A DNA stretch of 63,713 nucleotides, counting the filler, from Pelomyxa schiedti (lineage: Eukaryota; Protista; Evosea): the NCBI GenBank assembly GCA_020536535.1. It is 8 parts of 8 records of this genome, joined end to end, with 100 filler letters (N's around TTAATTAATTAA, not from the genome) between each part and the next. Parts side by side here need not be neighbours in the genome. Positions count along the whole stretch, not along the records: positions 35,973 to 39,988 come from JAHLWZ010001651.1; positions 40,089 to 41,369 come from JAHLWZ010002624.1; positions 41,470 to 43,022 come from JAHLWZ010002424.1; positions 43,123 to 47,739 come from JAHLWZ010000052.1; 4 more parts are not named here. One strand, 5' to 3'. A program made the position numbers and the translations under genes. The notes under the pieces are model-generated. The model worked only from the letters and a program-made list of their open reading frames with translations. It was not told the origin of the DNA and searched no databases. How positions within the stretch are numbered: the first letter of the stretch is position 1; the number at the start of each line of letters is the position of its first letter. This document shows, in pieces, positions 37,039 through 47,739 of this stretch.

Positions 37039-38418
37039 ATGACCAACGTCGCTGCAGTGCTCCGTGCACGTGAACAGATCCTGGGGTTGGTGATGGCGTC
37101 CCACAATCGGTGCGGCGCGTGCAGCCCCGCCCGCCGCTTCGTTTCCCTGCCCCGGCTCGCAACCGCGCCATTGTGGGACTGGTGCCTCGGCCCCGACTCC
37201 GAAATAGCTCTCGGGGTGTCGATCCTGGTCGGCGGCCACGGCGTCGCCCACTACGTAATTCTCGGAATCTCGGCCGCCCTGATGAGCATCACCAGAGTCA
37301 CATTCAGGCTGAAGTACGCAGACCTGGAACATCTGACAGGAATCAATATGGATCACAACCAGTGGGCAGACCGCTGGCTAGCACCACATCCTGTCCATCA
37401 GGACAAACTGGTGGTCGAGACATTTCACAAGTACAGCAGCAATTACAGATTCTATGTAGTGGACCTGCAGCTGGCAGAGCGGGAAGGACAGTCCCTTCCT
37501 TCATTGGAAGCCTCATCAAGTTCGTTGTCATCATTGCCACCACCATCACGGTTCTTGTTTGAGGGGCCTCATTCCCCTCTTGGGAGTTCCCCTCTCAGGA
37601 GCTCCGTTCTTGGATACTGCTCCAATAACAAGTGGTGGGTGTGTCATTGTGGATATCTGAATGGTGGTGTTCCCTCACTGGTCATTGCTGACTTGGATTA
37701 CCGTGATCCTACAAACCATCAGGCACAAAACCAAAATGGTGTTGTGGCTGTTGTATGTCCTCCATTCGAGGAACTCCCTGATTTGGAGTACTCTGAATGG
37801 AAGAAACTGAAGTGTGGTCATGTTTCTTTCAACAACAATGTCGCTGATGAAGCACTTCTGGTGTTTGATAACGTAATCACCGAGATACTGCTGGTTATTG
37901 TTGATGTGAATGAGACCTACACAACAAACAAAACTACAGTGCTCAGTATCACAAGGCAGATGCCACTATCACCGCACTGGAAAAACCTTCATTACTTTGG
38001 TTCAATGCATGGCCTCGCCATGAAACCACATCCTCCAGCAGCATCTTGTCAACAACGTGTTTTGTTGTTGCACGACAGTGAGAACCGATGCCTGTACCAA
38101 GTTGCAGAGTTCACTGGGAGTTGGAAAATCATTTCCAAAGAAGCACTGAAGCTGTCACAGCTCAGCTCCTCTCTTTTTTGTACCTCAAGGAGTGATGGAA
38201 GAATCGAAGTGTGGGACTGCAACAACACATCTGCACCGCTGAGGACTCTACAGCAGCGGCCAAACTTCCTTCCCCTTCTATTTGTTGCACATTCAGGGTT
38301 CATCTTTCACCAGCACAAAGCACCGGAGAATACCATTGAAATGACGGACTCCCATGACCGCCACCTTTTTACCCTCTTGCTCGCCTCAGAACCAAACTTT
38401 AGTGTGACCGGTCTCTAA
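37039..38418 (+). CDS. intact single-exon 'RCG..SP' family protein
   Basis: 459-aa ORF: AREQILGLVMASHNRCGACSP, GISAALMSIT, SNNKWW, DEALL, VWDCNN. Confidence 0.85.
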   Translation: MTNVAAVLRAREQILGLVMASHNRCGACSPARRFVSLPRLATAPLWDWCLGPDSEIALGVSILVGGHGVAHYVILGISAALMSITRVTFRLKYADLEHLTGINMDHNQWADRWLAPHPVHQDKLVVETFHKYSSNYRFYVVDLQLAEREGQSLPSLEASSSSLSSLPPPSRFLFEGPHSPLGSSPLRSSVLGYCSNNKWWVCHCGYLNGGVPSLVIADLDYRDPTNHQAQNQNGVVAVVCPPFEELPDLEYSEWKKLKCGHVSFNNNVADEALLVFDNVITEILLVIVDVNETYTTNKTTVLSITRQMPLSPHWKNLHYFGSMHGLAMKPHPPAASCQQRVLLLHDSENRCLYQVAEFTGSWKIISKEALKLSQLSSSLFCTSRSDGRIEVWDCNNTSAPLRTLQQRPNFLPLLFVAHSGFIFHQHKAPENTIEMTDSHDRHLFTLLLASEPNFSVTGL

Positions 38419-38519
38419 AAAGAATGAATTCATGGGAGACTTCACTTAACTCTCCTGTTGAGGAATGCCAACACAGTCAACTCTCACCTTCCAGATTTCT
38501 GCTGAACCATCGATGTCGA

Positions 38520-39350
38520 ATGTTGTTAAATGTTTCAAACATCATTATTCGAAAGAAGAGGTCACAGTGAAAGAATGAAACACAGTGGGGAAAGTGATGG
38601 TGCCAATGTTGATGAATCCAGAGCATGCCACAACCGCAATTGATTGCTTTGTTCTGGTGTTGTTGTGGAACACGAACCCAGAACGCACAAAGATCATGGA
38701 CTTGGGGAGGGAATGAGGTTACTAATCTTGAATGATGCTCGCAGAACCCTCAGAGGCTTCCCACCAGCAGCAGCATTGTTGCAGTCCCAGACCTCAATGC
38801 TGCCATCATCGGCCTTCATGATGCAAAACGAAGGTGCTCAGCTGTGCCAAGCTCTGCACCTTCCTGGAAATAAGCCTGCAAGTTCCCACACCTTCTGCAA
38901 CCTCAAACACAGTGCCAGAAGTGTTTCTGTCAACAGCCTCAGCTTGACAAATGAAGACACGCTCACCACCATGGGCTTTGTTCATGATGAGGAGGCTGGA
39001 TGAACGCCAACTAAAAATCTCTCTCATCTCCCTTGCAGAGAACAGGCATTTTGTAACGCTAAACACAGAAGCCTTCTGTGTTGCAAATGTCTTGTTGACA
39101 TCAATCACAAGCAGGAGGAAGTAACGCTCCCAACATGATTCATAGAACAGGATAAGTGCCTCGTCCGGAGCATACTTGTTGAATGTGATTCCCACCACGC
39201 GAGGTGACGACAATTCAGTGCCACGCTCAGGGTTATCGACCTTGACTGAATCGACACCCATCCAAACTGCTTGCTGATGGCGATCCAAATCAACGACAGT
39301 CAATGAGTGATCCATGTTGTCATAGAGCAGCCACCACTTGTGATTGGCAC
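38520..39350 (-). pseudogene. inverted C-terminal part of a family paralog
   Basis: NHKWW, FNKYAPDEAL, LLVIDVNKTF, FEVAEGVGTCRLIS, with a frameshift before IEVWDCNN. Confidence 0.7.
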
Positions 39351-39379
39351 CCTGCAGGGGCCTGTGGGCACACTGAGTT

Positions 39380-39725
39380 GCGTTGGTGATGGCGTCCCAC
39401 AATTGGTGTGGCGCGGCGAGCCCCGCGCGCCACTTCGTGTCCATACCTCGGAGGTGTTGTTTGGAGTTTCAACGTGGATGTTCCCTTCTGTGAGTTACTA
39501 CACATTTGGAGTGTCAGCGGCGTTGATGAGCCTCACAAGAGAAATCAAGTGGCATGGGACGTGGCGTGAGATGTGGCGGAGGAAACCGATCCATTGCTCT
39601 CTCGGCAACTTGGCCGTTATCGAACAGGGTCCATCCAGTGATGAGGAATACCTGCTCGACGTGGTTACCCGGCAGCGCAGGGTGCTGCACCTCGGACATT
39701 TTCGTTTCTATTGTCTGACTGGAAA
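39380..39725 (+). pseudogene. N-terminal fragment of a family paralog
   Basis: LVMASHNWCGAASPARHFVS, then a frameshift to YYTFGVSAALMSLTR. Confidence 0.65.
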
Positions 39726-40088
39726 TTTTGATATTTCTGCTTTTCCCGGAACCCGGTTTCTTTCATCCAGGATGCAAGAAGGACCAAACACCGACGACAA
39801 CTTACGTGGCGCTGTCGACACCGATGCCTCGTCCCATAATAATTATGGCGACTTCGGCACACCACCTCCAGTGGCGGATGGGTTGGACGCCCTCACGTCG
39901 TTTGGCAGCGGGGACCATGTTGAGGCGTTCCGCCAGTGCCTCCCCTTGCTTATGGGTCACCATAGCCCTCACGACGACTTCAACATCANNNNNNNNNNNN
40001 NNNNNNNNNNNNNNNNNNNNNNNNNNNNNNNNTTAATTAATTAANNNNNNNNNNNNNNNNNNNNNNNNNNNNNNNNNNNNNNNNNNNN

Positions 40089-40429
40089 TGAACGAGATCG
40101 AGACGGGCAGGACCACCGAGTTGGCCTCGTAAACCACCAGGGCCATTCTTGAGCACCCAGCGAAGAAGGAGTCCCAGAACAGGCGAGCGAGGGACGGGCA
40201 CGAGAACACCGGCCGCGCCGCGCTGCCGGCCCCGCACCGGGGCTGTGCCGAAGCGGCGATGGCGACGAACGCGGTGGCTGAGGGGGGCGTGGTGGCGTGG
40301 GGCGTCACCGAGAAGGCGAGGCCGGGTCGTGTCTCGACCTGTATTGTTTCGCGTTGGGTCGCCGTGGGAGGTGGTCTTTCTGGTTGTTTGTGTACTGTTA
40401 CAAGAAGTGGATGTTTTTTGGTTTGACAT
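40089..40429 (-). CDS. 'RCG..S' family protein, partial (contig end)
   Basis: ATAFVAIAASAQPRCGAGSAARP..LARLFWD. The start codon is uncertain. Confidence 0.6.
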
Positions 40430-40519
40430 GGCTGAATAAAAAAAACAGCAGACCGCCGACCCTGAGCGACGATAACGAAAAGTACAGCGTTCCGGTCTGT
40501 TGATTATTTTATTCAGCCA
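40429..40519 (+). mobile_element. ~90-bp palindromic dispersed element
   Basis: TGGCTGAATAAAA...TTTTATTCAGCCA. Essentially identical to the copy at 40793-40883. Confidence 0.8.
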
Positions 40520-40787
40520 CATCAACTTCCACAGGATCAGCACAGTGCTTTCAGATGATTACACTCTTAATGCAGTGGCACTGTTTGGCCCAGAGCTTCG
40601 GTCCTGTTTTCACCATTGGAACAGGGACTTGTTGGGACCCTGGGAGATTCAGGCACACCGAGAACTGATTCTAGTGCCTTGATAAGGTGGGAACAACACC
40701 ATTGTAGTCACCCAAGATAAAAAATCAACAGTCAACTATTGTGTATTCAAATACTCCTTGGTCAGGAGTATTTGAACCAAACAATAC

Positions 40788-40888
40788 CTAGCTGGCTGAA
40801 TAAAAAAAACAGCAGACCGCCGACCCTGAGCGACGATAACGAAAAGTACAGCGTTCCGGTCTGTTGATTATTTTATTCAGCCAGCTAG
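40788..40888 (+). mobile_element. ~100-bp palindromic dispersed element
   Basis: CTAGCTGGCTGAATAAAA...TTTTATTCAGCCAGCTAG. Confidence 0.8.
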
Positions 40889-40939
40889 CGCCCATTCCAC
40901 GAAAGATTGTGGTCCTTGATCAAAAAAAACCGTTGGCGG

Positions 40940-41369
40940 ATGGGCAACGAACATGCACGACAGGCAACTACAACTACTACTACTTCAGCAGCTGCAACAA
41001 CATCCGCGGCTGTTGATGTGACCAACGTTGATGGTGGCGTGCCTCGAAGCAGGGACGAGGAAATCCAGCTGGCGAGACGTCGCGCCAAGCACAACGAAAA
41101 AATGGAAGCGAATTTCCTGGCACGGATCGGCACGAACAGCGCCACGTGCGACCCCCACGGGCTAATCAGAGCCGCCGTGAAGGGCAACACCCATAAGTTG
41201 CGTGCCATACTCTCCTCCCTCCTCTCACATCATCACCATCAACATCAGCAACAACAGCAACAACAACACGCGTCGTCATCATCATCAACTTCTTCTTCTT
41301 CAACTTCACACACGGGGGTCAACACCACAACCGATTCCAAGGACGATGTGGCTGCATCTACGAATAAGA
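40940..41369 (+). CDS. probable ankyrin-repeat protein, N-terminal part (contig end)
   Basis: MGNEHARQ... followed by PHGLIRAAVKGNTHKLRAILS. Confidence 0.55.
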
Positions 41370-41474
41370 NNNNNNNNNNNNNNNNNNNNNNNNNNNNNNN
41401 NNNNNNNNNNNNNTTAATTAATTAANNNNNNNNNNNNNNNNNNNNNNNNNNNNNNNNNNNNNNNNNNNNCCACT

Positions 41475-41770
41475 GCTTGTTCCTCTTCACGGCACTGGTG
41501 GCATGGCCTCCCCTCGTAGCAGCGATTTTTTTTTTTGTGGTTCAAGCGATAATCAAAAGACACAAGCCACTGAACCATCACCAAAACCCACTTATGTCAA
41601 GGCCGCGCAGCCGCGACGAGACCCGATTCAACGAACACACACGCCGCGCTGCCGCCGCGCCAACCGGCCCCTGCGGCACAAAACATCAACAAATCCCGGC
41701 AAAATCGGGCCGCTTCACCCTGCCTTGCTCACTAAAAAATTCTGTTTTTCTCATTTGCCTCGCCCCCCCC
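41475..41770. repeat. ~300-bp dispersed repeat, copy 1
   Basis: Near-identical to 52092-52396 (TCAAGGCCGCGCAGCCGCG...CTCACTAAAAAATTCTGTTTTTCTCATTTG..CGCCCCCC). Confidence 0.85.
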
Positions 41771-41868
41771 CGGGCCTGTGTGCCACTGGCCTGTGTGCGG
41801 ATTCGTTGAATCACAAAGCTTGTTTCGATTTGGCGATCAATTCGAAATTTTGGTCTGTCGTGACAAAG

Positions 41869-43022
41869 ATGCTACGCGCGGTCTACGATGCCGTCGTGGA
41901 GATCAATTGTGGGACGCGGGCTCGGTCCCAGCTCGTTCAACTCCTTTTCGCGCATTCGTCGTCGGCACCCAGCAGCATGAGGCCGACGCCTCATAATCCC
42001 GTTCAGTCGGCGCCCTCCTCGGACGCGGCGTCTGGACGATCCCCGTACGGCTCTGATTCCGCGACCCCACTTATCTACCGCTGCCACGTTGGCGTTTTGC
42101 CATTGTGGGTGTTGGTGGAACTGATCGGGAAGAGGTGGGTGATGTGGCCCGAGAGGAGGGTCCTTGTACATTGTGCTAATGATGAGGAAGACGGATATGG
42201 CCGGGACTACTTATTGTTCTTCAGTGTGGGGCCAACACTTGGGCTGGTCCACAAGCCTGTTGTGGTTTCAATGAAGGATTTCTGTATCGGGTGGACTGGA
42301 GGCAACACAATCATCACCCACATCTGGGAGGAGGTGAAGCAATTACGTGTGCGCAGTGAGGTACAGCAGGAAGATTCCGTGGTTCGTCCTGAATCCACCA
42401 AAAATGAAGGTGAAGGGCACCAAGGGGCACATTTTGATGCTATTCTCGAGTTCAACATCTCTGGAATTCAGGGGTGTTGCAACCAGAGGTGGGTTGTGAT
42501 TGCTGGAGTCAGAAAGAGCACCAATGAATCTGGGTTGTTCGTGTGCAAGGTGGAGAACACCGAACTGGATTCCTGTTGGAATGTGATGAAGTACCCGTGG
42601 TGGCCCAATTCTGTTCGATTTTTTGGCTCCAGTGAGTTCGACTTTGAGTCTGACGTTGTGGAAGTTATCTTCACTGAGGAAAGGGGCACTGACAAATTCT
42701 TGTGTGTTGTTCACATCAACCTGAACTGTGAGAGTGGCTCAAATCCGCTGAGAGTCATTGGGGAGTGCAATCTTTCCCAGGTTGGCATCGAAGCATGGCG
42801 CCTCCGCCAACCACTGGTTGACAGGAGGTCACACTATCCATCGTTGATTTATTACTTCCTGCTGGGGAAAACAGGTCGTGAGGCCAAGGTGTTTGTGCTG
42901 AACACAGGCCAGGTTGTCACATTGATTGAAGGGACCACCCACTCTGCCAAGAACAAGCATGTTGTGCAGGCTGTCGACGAAACACACTTGAGCCTCACAA
43001 AAACTGGCGAGAATGGCACAAC
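41869..43022 (+). CDS. expanded-family beta-rich protein, partial
   Basis: ARSQLVQLLFAH, LIGKRWVMWP, FSVGPTLGLV, CNQRWVV. Runs into the contig end. Confidence 0.75.
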
Positions 43023-43122
43023 NNNNNNNNNNNNNNNNNNNNNNNNNNNNNNNNNNNNNNNNNNNNTTAATTAATTAANNNNNNNNNNNNNNNNNNNNNN
43101 NNNNNNNNNNNNNNNNNNNNNN

Positions 43123-43249
43123 CGGCGAGGTCGACCACATCCACCTTGGCGCATGTTGTCTTGGCTAGCAGATTGGTTGCCAATTGCCTCCCGTCAGTGT
43201 CTGTCCTCCATACACCCTTTAGTGCCTCAACATCACGGGACGCGGCCAT
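43123..43249 (-). CDS. 5' end of barstar-family gene (duplicate of 45594-45715)
   Basis: MAASRDVEALKGVW...VDVVDLA is identical to the exon at 45594-45715. Confidence 0.7.
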
Positions 43250-43333
43250 CAAATTTTGTAGTCAGAGCGAGACTGATTATCCACGAAAGTGCATGAGGGG
43301 AAAAGACTTGATGCAAACGAGCATAAAAATAAA

Positions 43334-43404
43334 TGCGGGTGCCTGGAATCGGACCAGGGTTTTCAGAGCCACAATCTGAAGTTCTACCTCTAAACTACAC
43401 CCGC
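43334..43404 (-). tRNA. tRNA-His(GUG)
   Basis: GCGGGTG TA GTTT AGAGGT AGAA C TTCAGA TT GTG GC TCTGAA AAC CCTGG TCCGATT CCAGG CACCCGC A, with a T-run downstream. The T-loop has C55. Confidence 0.85.
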
Positions 43405-43897
43405 TTGTATGTGAAAGTGGATCTCCAATTGCATGCGGGTAACCAAACTTTAAAGTTGTTCCTTACTGAACTTTCTGATTTCAACTCTCCAAAGTTTCTG
43501 TCGCAGGCTCTGTTGTTTAGTGGTATTCCGGGCAGAGCCCCATCTTTTGTCTCTTTTGGGGGTGCTGTTAACTTGGTTTTTTTTCCCCCCCTCTTGTGGG
43601 TTTTTGTTAGTTCTCTTCAATCTGCATTGCAGCGATCTGCTCAGTGAGTGTGTCAGTTGATGTGGGTTCTGAGTCGTCGCGGGCTGGTGTGGCCACGGAT
43701 GGGGCGCCCCAGACATCATCAGTGGGTGTTGTAACCGATGAGTGAGTGCCAAATCTGGTACTCANNNNNNNNNNNNNNNNNNNNNNNNNNNNNNNNNNNN
43801 NNNNNNNNNNNNNNNNNNNNNNNNNNNNNNNNNNNNNNNNNNNNNNNNNNNNNNNNNNNNNNNNTGGAGAAAAAGAACTCTTGTGTATGAAGGACTT

Positions 43898-45145
43898 TTA
43901 AAAATTGTGCATTGTACTAACGAGGAGTTTTCGAACTGAAGGGGGCAAAACAAAATCGACGTTGAGAATGCGCACACCAGACAGTACCTCAACAACCCTG
44001 ATGTGATTTGGTGGCTCAAAATAGATCACTGCACCTGCCTCCAGTTTTGGGACCTGCCCCAATCCGCCTTCAAGGTCAAATGCTTTAATGGGCTTCGAGG
44101 GTGCGTCTGTATCGCTGCAGTCCCACACTTCGACCCACCATGTTCCAGTTGTGTAGCAGGAAAGGATGGCGAAGAGGGTTTCGGTGCACTTTGTGAGCTG
44201 ACACACGAGTGACGAGAAAAGTGCGCGCACGGTGCCACGGCCTTCGATGGATTCAATAACCTGGTACTTGCGGCCGGGCAGGTTAACTTCAATTTTGGAG
44301 AGGAAGATGCGGTGGCCAATCTGTGGTTTCCTCATGACAAAGGTAGATAAGACTTCAAATTTGACAAGGTCATTGTAAGGCCATACAAACGGTGTGCTAC
44401 TACCAACAGATAGAATTTTGCTGGTGTACGAAGCTTCCACATCAGCAATGAGGAGATTAACTTGGCTTGGCTGGGCGGTATCAGAAACAATCAAGAGTAG
44501 TTCATTGGGTCCTGTAACATCCAAACTGAGATACCGAAGAACAAAAGATTGTGAAAATTCGCTGCAATCCACATCCTCTTCTGTTAACTGGGCATAGGAA
44601 GTGAATTTTAGGTCTTGCAGCGCAGCGTATGTTTCTAATGGCGGCGGACTACACATTACTTTCCACAGAGAATTTTCAGAACGACACCAAGAGCTCCATG
44701 GTATCCTTTCGTAAGGCACTGTGACAGGGCAGATTTCACTTGTGATTCCCCACAGTGGTGACATTCTAAAGCAGAACTGGCCTTTTTCCCCCCGATGTGT
44801 TGTTTGCCAACAGCAGGCCTCAACACATATTTTGTACTCCGTAAGAACGAGTGAAATTAAATCCACGAGGAGCCTGATGAGGCCAGGGCCATGCTCTCCC
44901 ATAATAAACACAGGGCTGTTCTGGCCGCACCTCAAATGTGTCCCTGCAAGAAACGCCATAATTGCGGGGCGACACAGTATTCCGTTCTTCGGTCGCGTGA
45001 ATCTTACGCCTGTGGCGTCGAATTTGCCTTCCACGACGCTGCGGCAGTTCATGGTCATTTTAATTTCGCTTACGCACGCTATTAGTGCTGTTACCCTTGA
45101 CACATCTGTTGTTATATGACAGATGTGTACGCGTGTGTCTTGCAT
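43898..45145 (-). CDS. single-exon 'RCG..SP' family protein
   Basis: AIMAFLAGTHLRCGQNSPV, RMSPLWGIT, NELLL, ADVEASY, VEVWDC. Confidence 0.8.
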   Translation of the reverse strand: MQDTRVHICHITTDVSRVTALIACVSEIKMTMNCRSVVEGKFDATGVRFTRPKNGILCRPAIMAFLAGTHLRCGQNSPVFIMGEHGPGLIRLLVDLISLVLTEYKICVEACCWQTTHRGEKGQFCFRMSPLWGITSEICPVTVPYERIPWSSWCRSENSLWKVMCSPPPLETYAALQDLKFTSYAQLTEEDVDCSEFSQSFVLRYLSLDVTGPNELLLIVSDTAQPSQVNLLIADVEASYTSKILSVGSSTPFVWPYNDLVKFEVLSTFVMRKPQIGHRIFLSKIEVNLPGRKYQVIESIEGRGTVRALFSSLVCQLTKCTETLFAILSCYTTGTWWVEVWDCSDTDAPSKPIKAFDLEGGLGQVPKLEAGAVIYFEPPNHIRVVEVLSGVRILNVDFVLPPSVRKLLVSTMHNF

Positions 45146-45200
45146 TTCCGTCTCAAATTAAAAAGCTGTTTTCCGTGAAGGAGGTGTTACAACTGCGCCC

Positions 45201-45715
45201 TCACAGACGCTGAGCAAGGTCAATCGACGTGAGGGATTCACCGGCGAGCTTGCAGTCATTTCCAGCCAGAACAACGCAACAAGGGAATGGTTCCTCACGG
45301 CACATGCAACGAAGCGAGTCCATCAGCAACTCTGACCACGCTTCCCTGTTGCCGTTGAAGGCTCCATCAGCTCCAACGATTATCATCACCCACGGCCCGT
45401 CCTCGTTCCCGTCATCAGAGCACACTGATGCCCAGTCCCTCAGGCAATCAGAAAACGCATTCCAGTTCCACCCAAAATGTGCTGCGAACCTTAACGAACA
45501 AATTAGCTCAGTGAGAACAAAATTGTTGAACATTCAACACAGTACCTAAGGTCTCGAGCAAAAGCAGCGAACAAGGATTGGGTGTCCACGGCGCCGGCGA
45601 GGTCGACCACATCCACCTTGGCGCATGTTGTCTTGGCTAGCAGATTGGTTGCCAATTGCCTCCCGTCAGTGTCTGTCCTCCATACACCCTTTAGTGCCTC
45701 AACATCACGGGACGC
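45201..45715 (-). CDS. barstar (ribonuclease-inhibitor) family protein, two exons
   Basis: Removing the GT-AG intron 45490-45545 gives VDLAGAVDTQSLFAAFARDLRFAAHFGWNWNAFSDCLRDW, matching the barstar L.FP.YFG.N.DAL.DCL.D pattern. Confidence 0.8.
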
Positions 45716-45815
45716 NNNNNNNNNNNNNNNNNNNNNNNNNNNNNNNNNNNNNNNNNNNNNNNNNNNNNNNNNNNNNNNNNNNNNNNNNNNNNNNNNNNNN
45801 NNNNNNNNNNNNNNN

Positions 45816-47739
45816 GTGAGTGTGTCAGTTGATGTGGGTTCTGAGTCGTCGCGGGCTGGTGTGGCCACGGATGGGGCGCCCCAGACATCATCAGTGGGTG
45901 TTGTAACCGATGAGTGAGTGCCAAATCTGGTACTCAGGAACGCATTCTGCTGGGGCGTTGTTGCGTGCTCCTGCAGCTTCTGTATAAGTGATTCTTTGAA
46001 GAGCGCCCTGTATCTGTTGGGTGTTTGCTTGTCTCCGTATTTCAGAATGCATTCCAGTGCCTTTTTTTAATATTTATTTCCCGGTGGATGTATGTAATTA
46101 TGATTAGTTTTGCTTCCGGGAATTGGTTAGTGAGGGGATTTACTTCGAAAATCACGGCTACTAGCTTGGAATTCGAGTCTGTTATGAGAGGTTCGAAGAG
46201 GTTGATCACATCGCGTGATATAAAATAGCTGCACGGAAAGTGTTAAGTTTAGTTATCGATTTATTGGGTCTGGAAAAGGCTGAAAAACGCACTCCATAGT
46301 AGAGAAATCTGTGTTAGTGAGTGCATTGGAAATCAGCCATGCCGCTTCAGTCCTTAGATCGTTTTCCCCGGTACTCATTATTTCCAGAACGTGGGGAATG
46401 ATTTCACTTCGGACTACGTCAGCTACTTGCTCTTTCGTTCCAGCTGTAATATTGGATACCTAATTCAATTGTGAGAGAAGATTTCACAGATTATGTGTAG
46501 TTTCGTGAAGGAGATGGAATTTACAGCCCAAAGGCACTCCTTTTTGAGACATTTTTTATGGCTTGTACTAAAAGCAGTTAAAAAAAAGGAAAGAAAAAAT
46601 GGAACAAGTGCCTCAGTAGTTTCACCATTGGCGCAAGAATCCCAGAATCAAGAATAGCTTGAGTATCCTCATGGCTGGCAACAGTAAAAAAAAGTATGAT
46701 TCGTTGTTAGAATTACCTGCCTGAGGCAATATTGCCAATTGTCCTTAGTGTTGGTAGTGTAACATTAATGTTTGGTACCTTTTTTTCAAGGAAGGTATTG
46801 GTATAAAACAAACTATTTTAGTGATACCGGAAGTAGTTGTGCAAGTCGTTGGCCTATTTTTGCCTCAAAAATGTACTTGTTCAATGCTGGAGTTGAGTCA
46901 GTGATGTAGCTCAGCCCCCTTGACCATAAAACATGAGATAAAAGATTTCAGTCATCTTAGTTGCAGCGTATACCAGCAAACGTCAGAGAGGACATCAATG
47001 TCGTTGTACTGGAGCATCTGACTCATGGTTGAAAAAATATTTATCGAACCACCTGTACAAAGTGGTGAGGTTGATTTGAGGGCGGAAGTACTAGTGGGAA
47101 TAATACTAGGAATGAAGTACTTGGGGTTGGGACCTGGTTTCCCTCGGCACAAGTTTGAGAGTGTCCATACCTTAGAGGGGGTTAATAAACTGTTAGTTGA
47201 CACTCCTTTTTTGGGGGATACGGAATTTCGGATCAAGGAAACGCTAGCAGGAGGTGTTCTTGCCATGAGGGTGAGAACCGAAGGCATAGCATTCAGTGAC
47301 AGAATGAGGTCGCGGTTTGCAATGGAATCCCCAGCAATATTTCCAAGTCCCCAAACGGCCTGGTGAAAAAAAATATTCAGTTGATCCTGAGTGCAAAAGA
47401 TGGGGAAAACCTGCTCACACAACTCAAGATTTGGAGATGGAAGAAGGGCCAATAAAGCAGTAACGCCGCCATTTTTTATCACTTCCTCTGTGTCAACAGT
47501 TGTACCACTTGCAACTACATGGTTGTGAGGAAATAAGGCTTAGAAAAGAAAGTATAACCGTTGGTGATTGCCCAAGCAGCCTCGAATTGGAGTTTCGGCC
47601 AGTCAGACTGCAGGCACATGTCACATTGGATTAAGAAAGGAAAAAACCACACCATTCCGATGAACTGCACCAGACGAGGAATCACACCACTATTCACTAC
47701 GATCCTTATTGGTGGGTTGGTCTCTAGTTTGTATTGTTA
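45816..47739 (-). CDS. importin subunit alpha (multi-exon, 5' truncated)
   Basis: [78 protein letters not shown]. Confidence 0.95.

Noticed and set aside
40455-40500. CTGAGCGA...CGAAA as a hammerhead ribozyme core
   Set aside because: It has an extra nucleotide relative to CUGANGA, only a 2-bp stem II, and no convincing stem III or cleavage triplet.
43333-43647. 104-aa ORF
   Set aside because: Antisense reading of tRNA-His and a 3' UTR.
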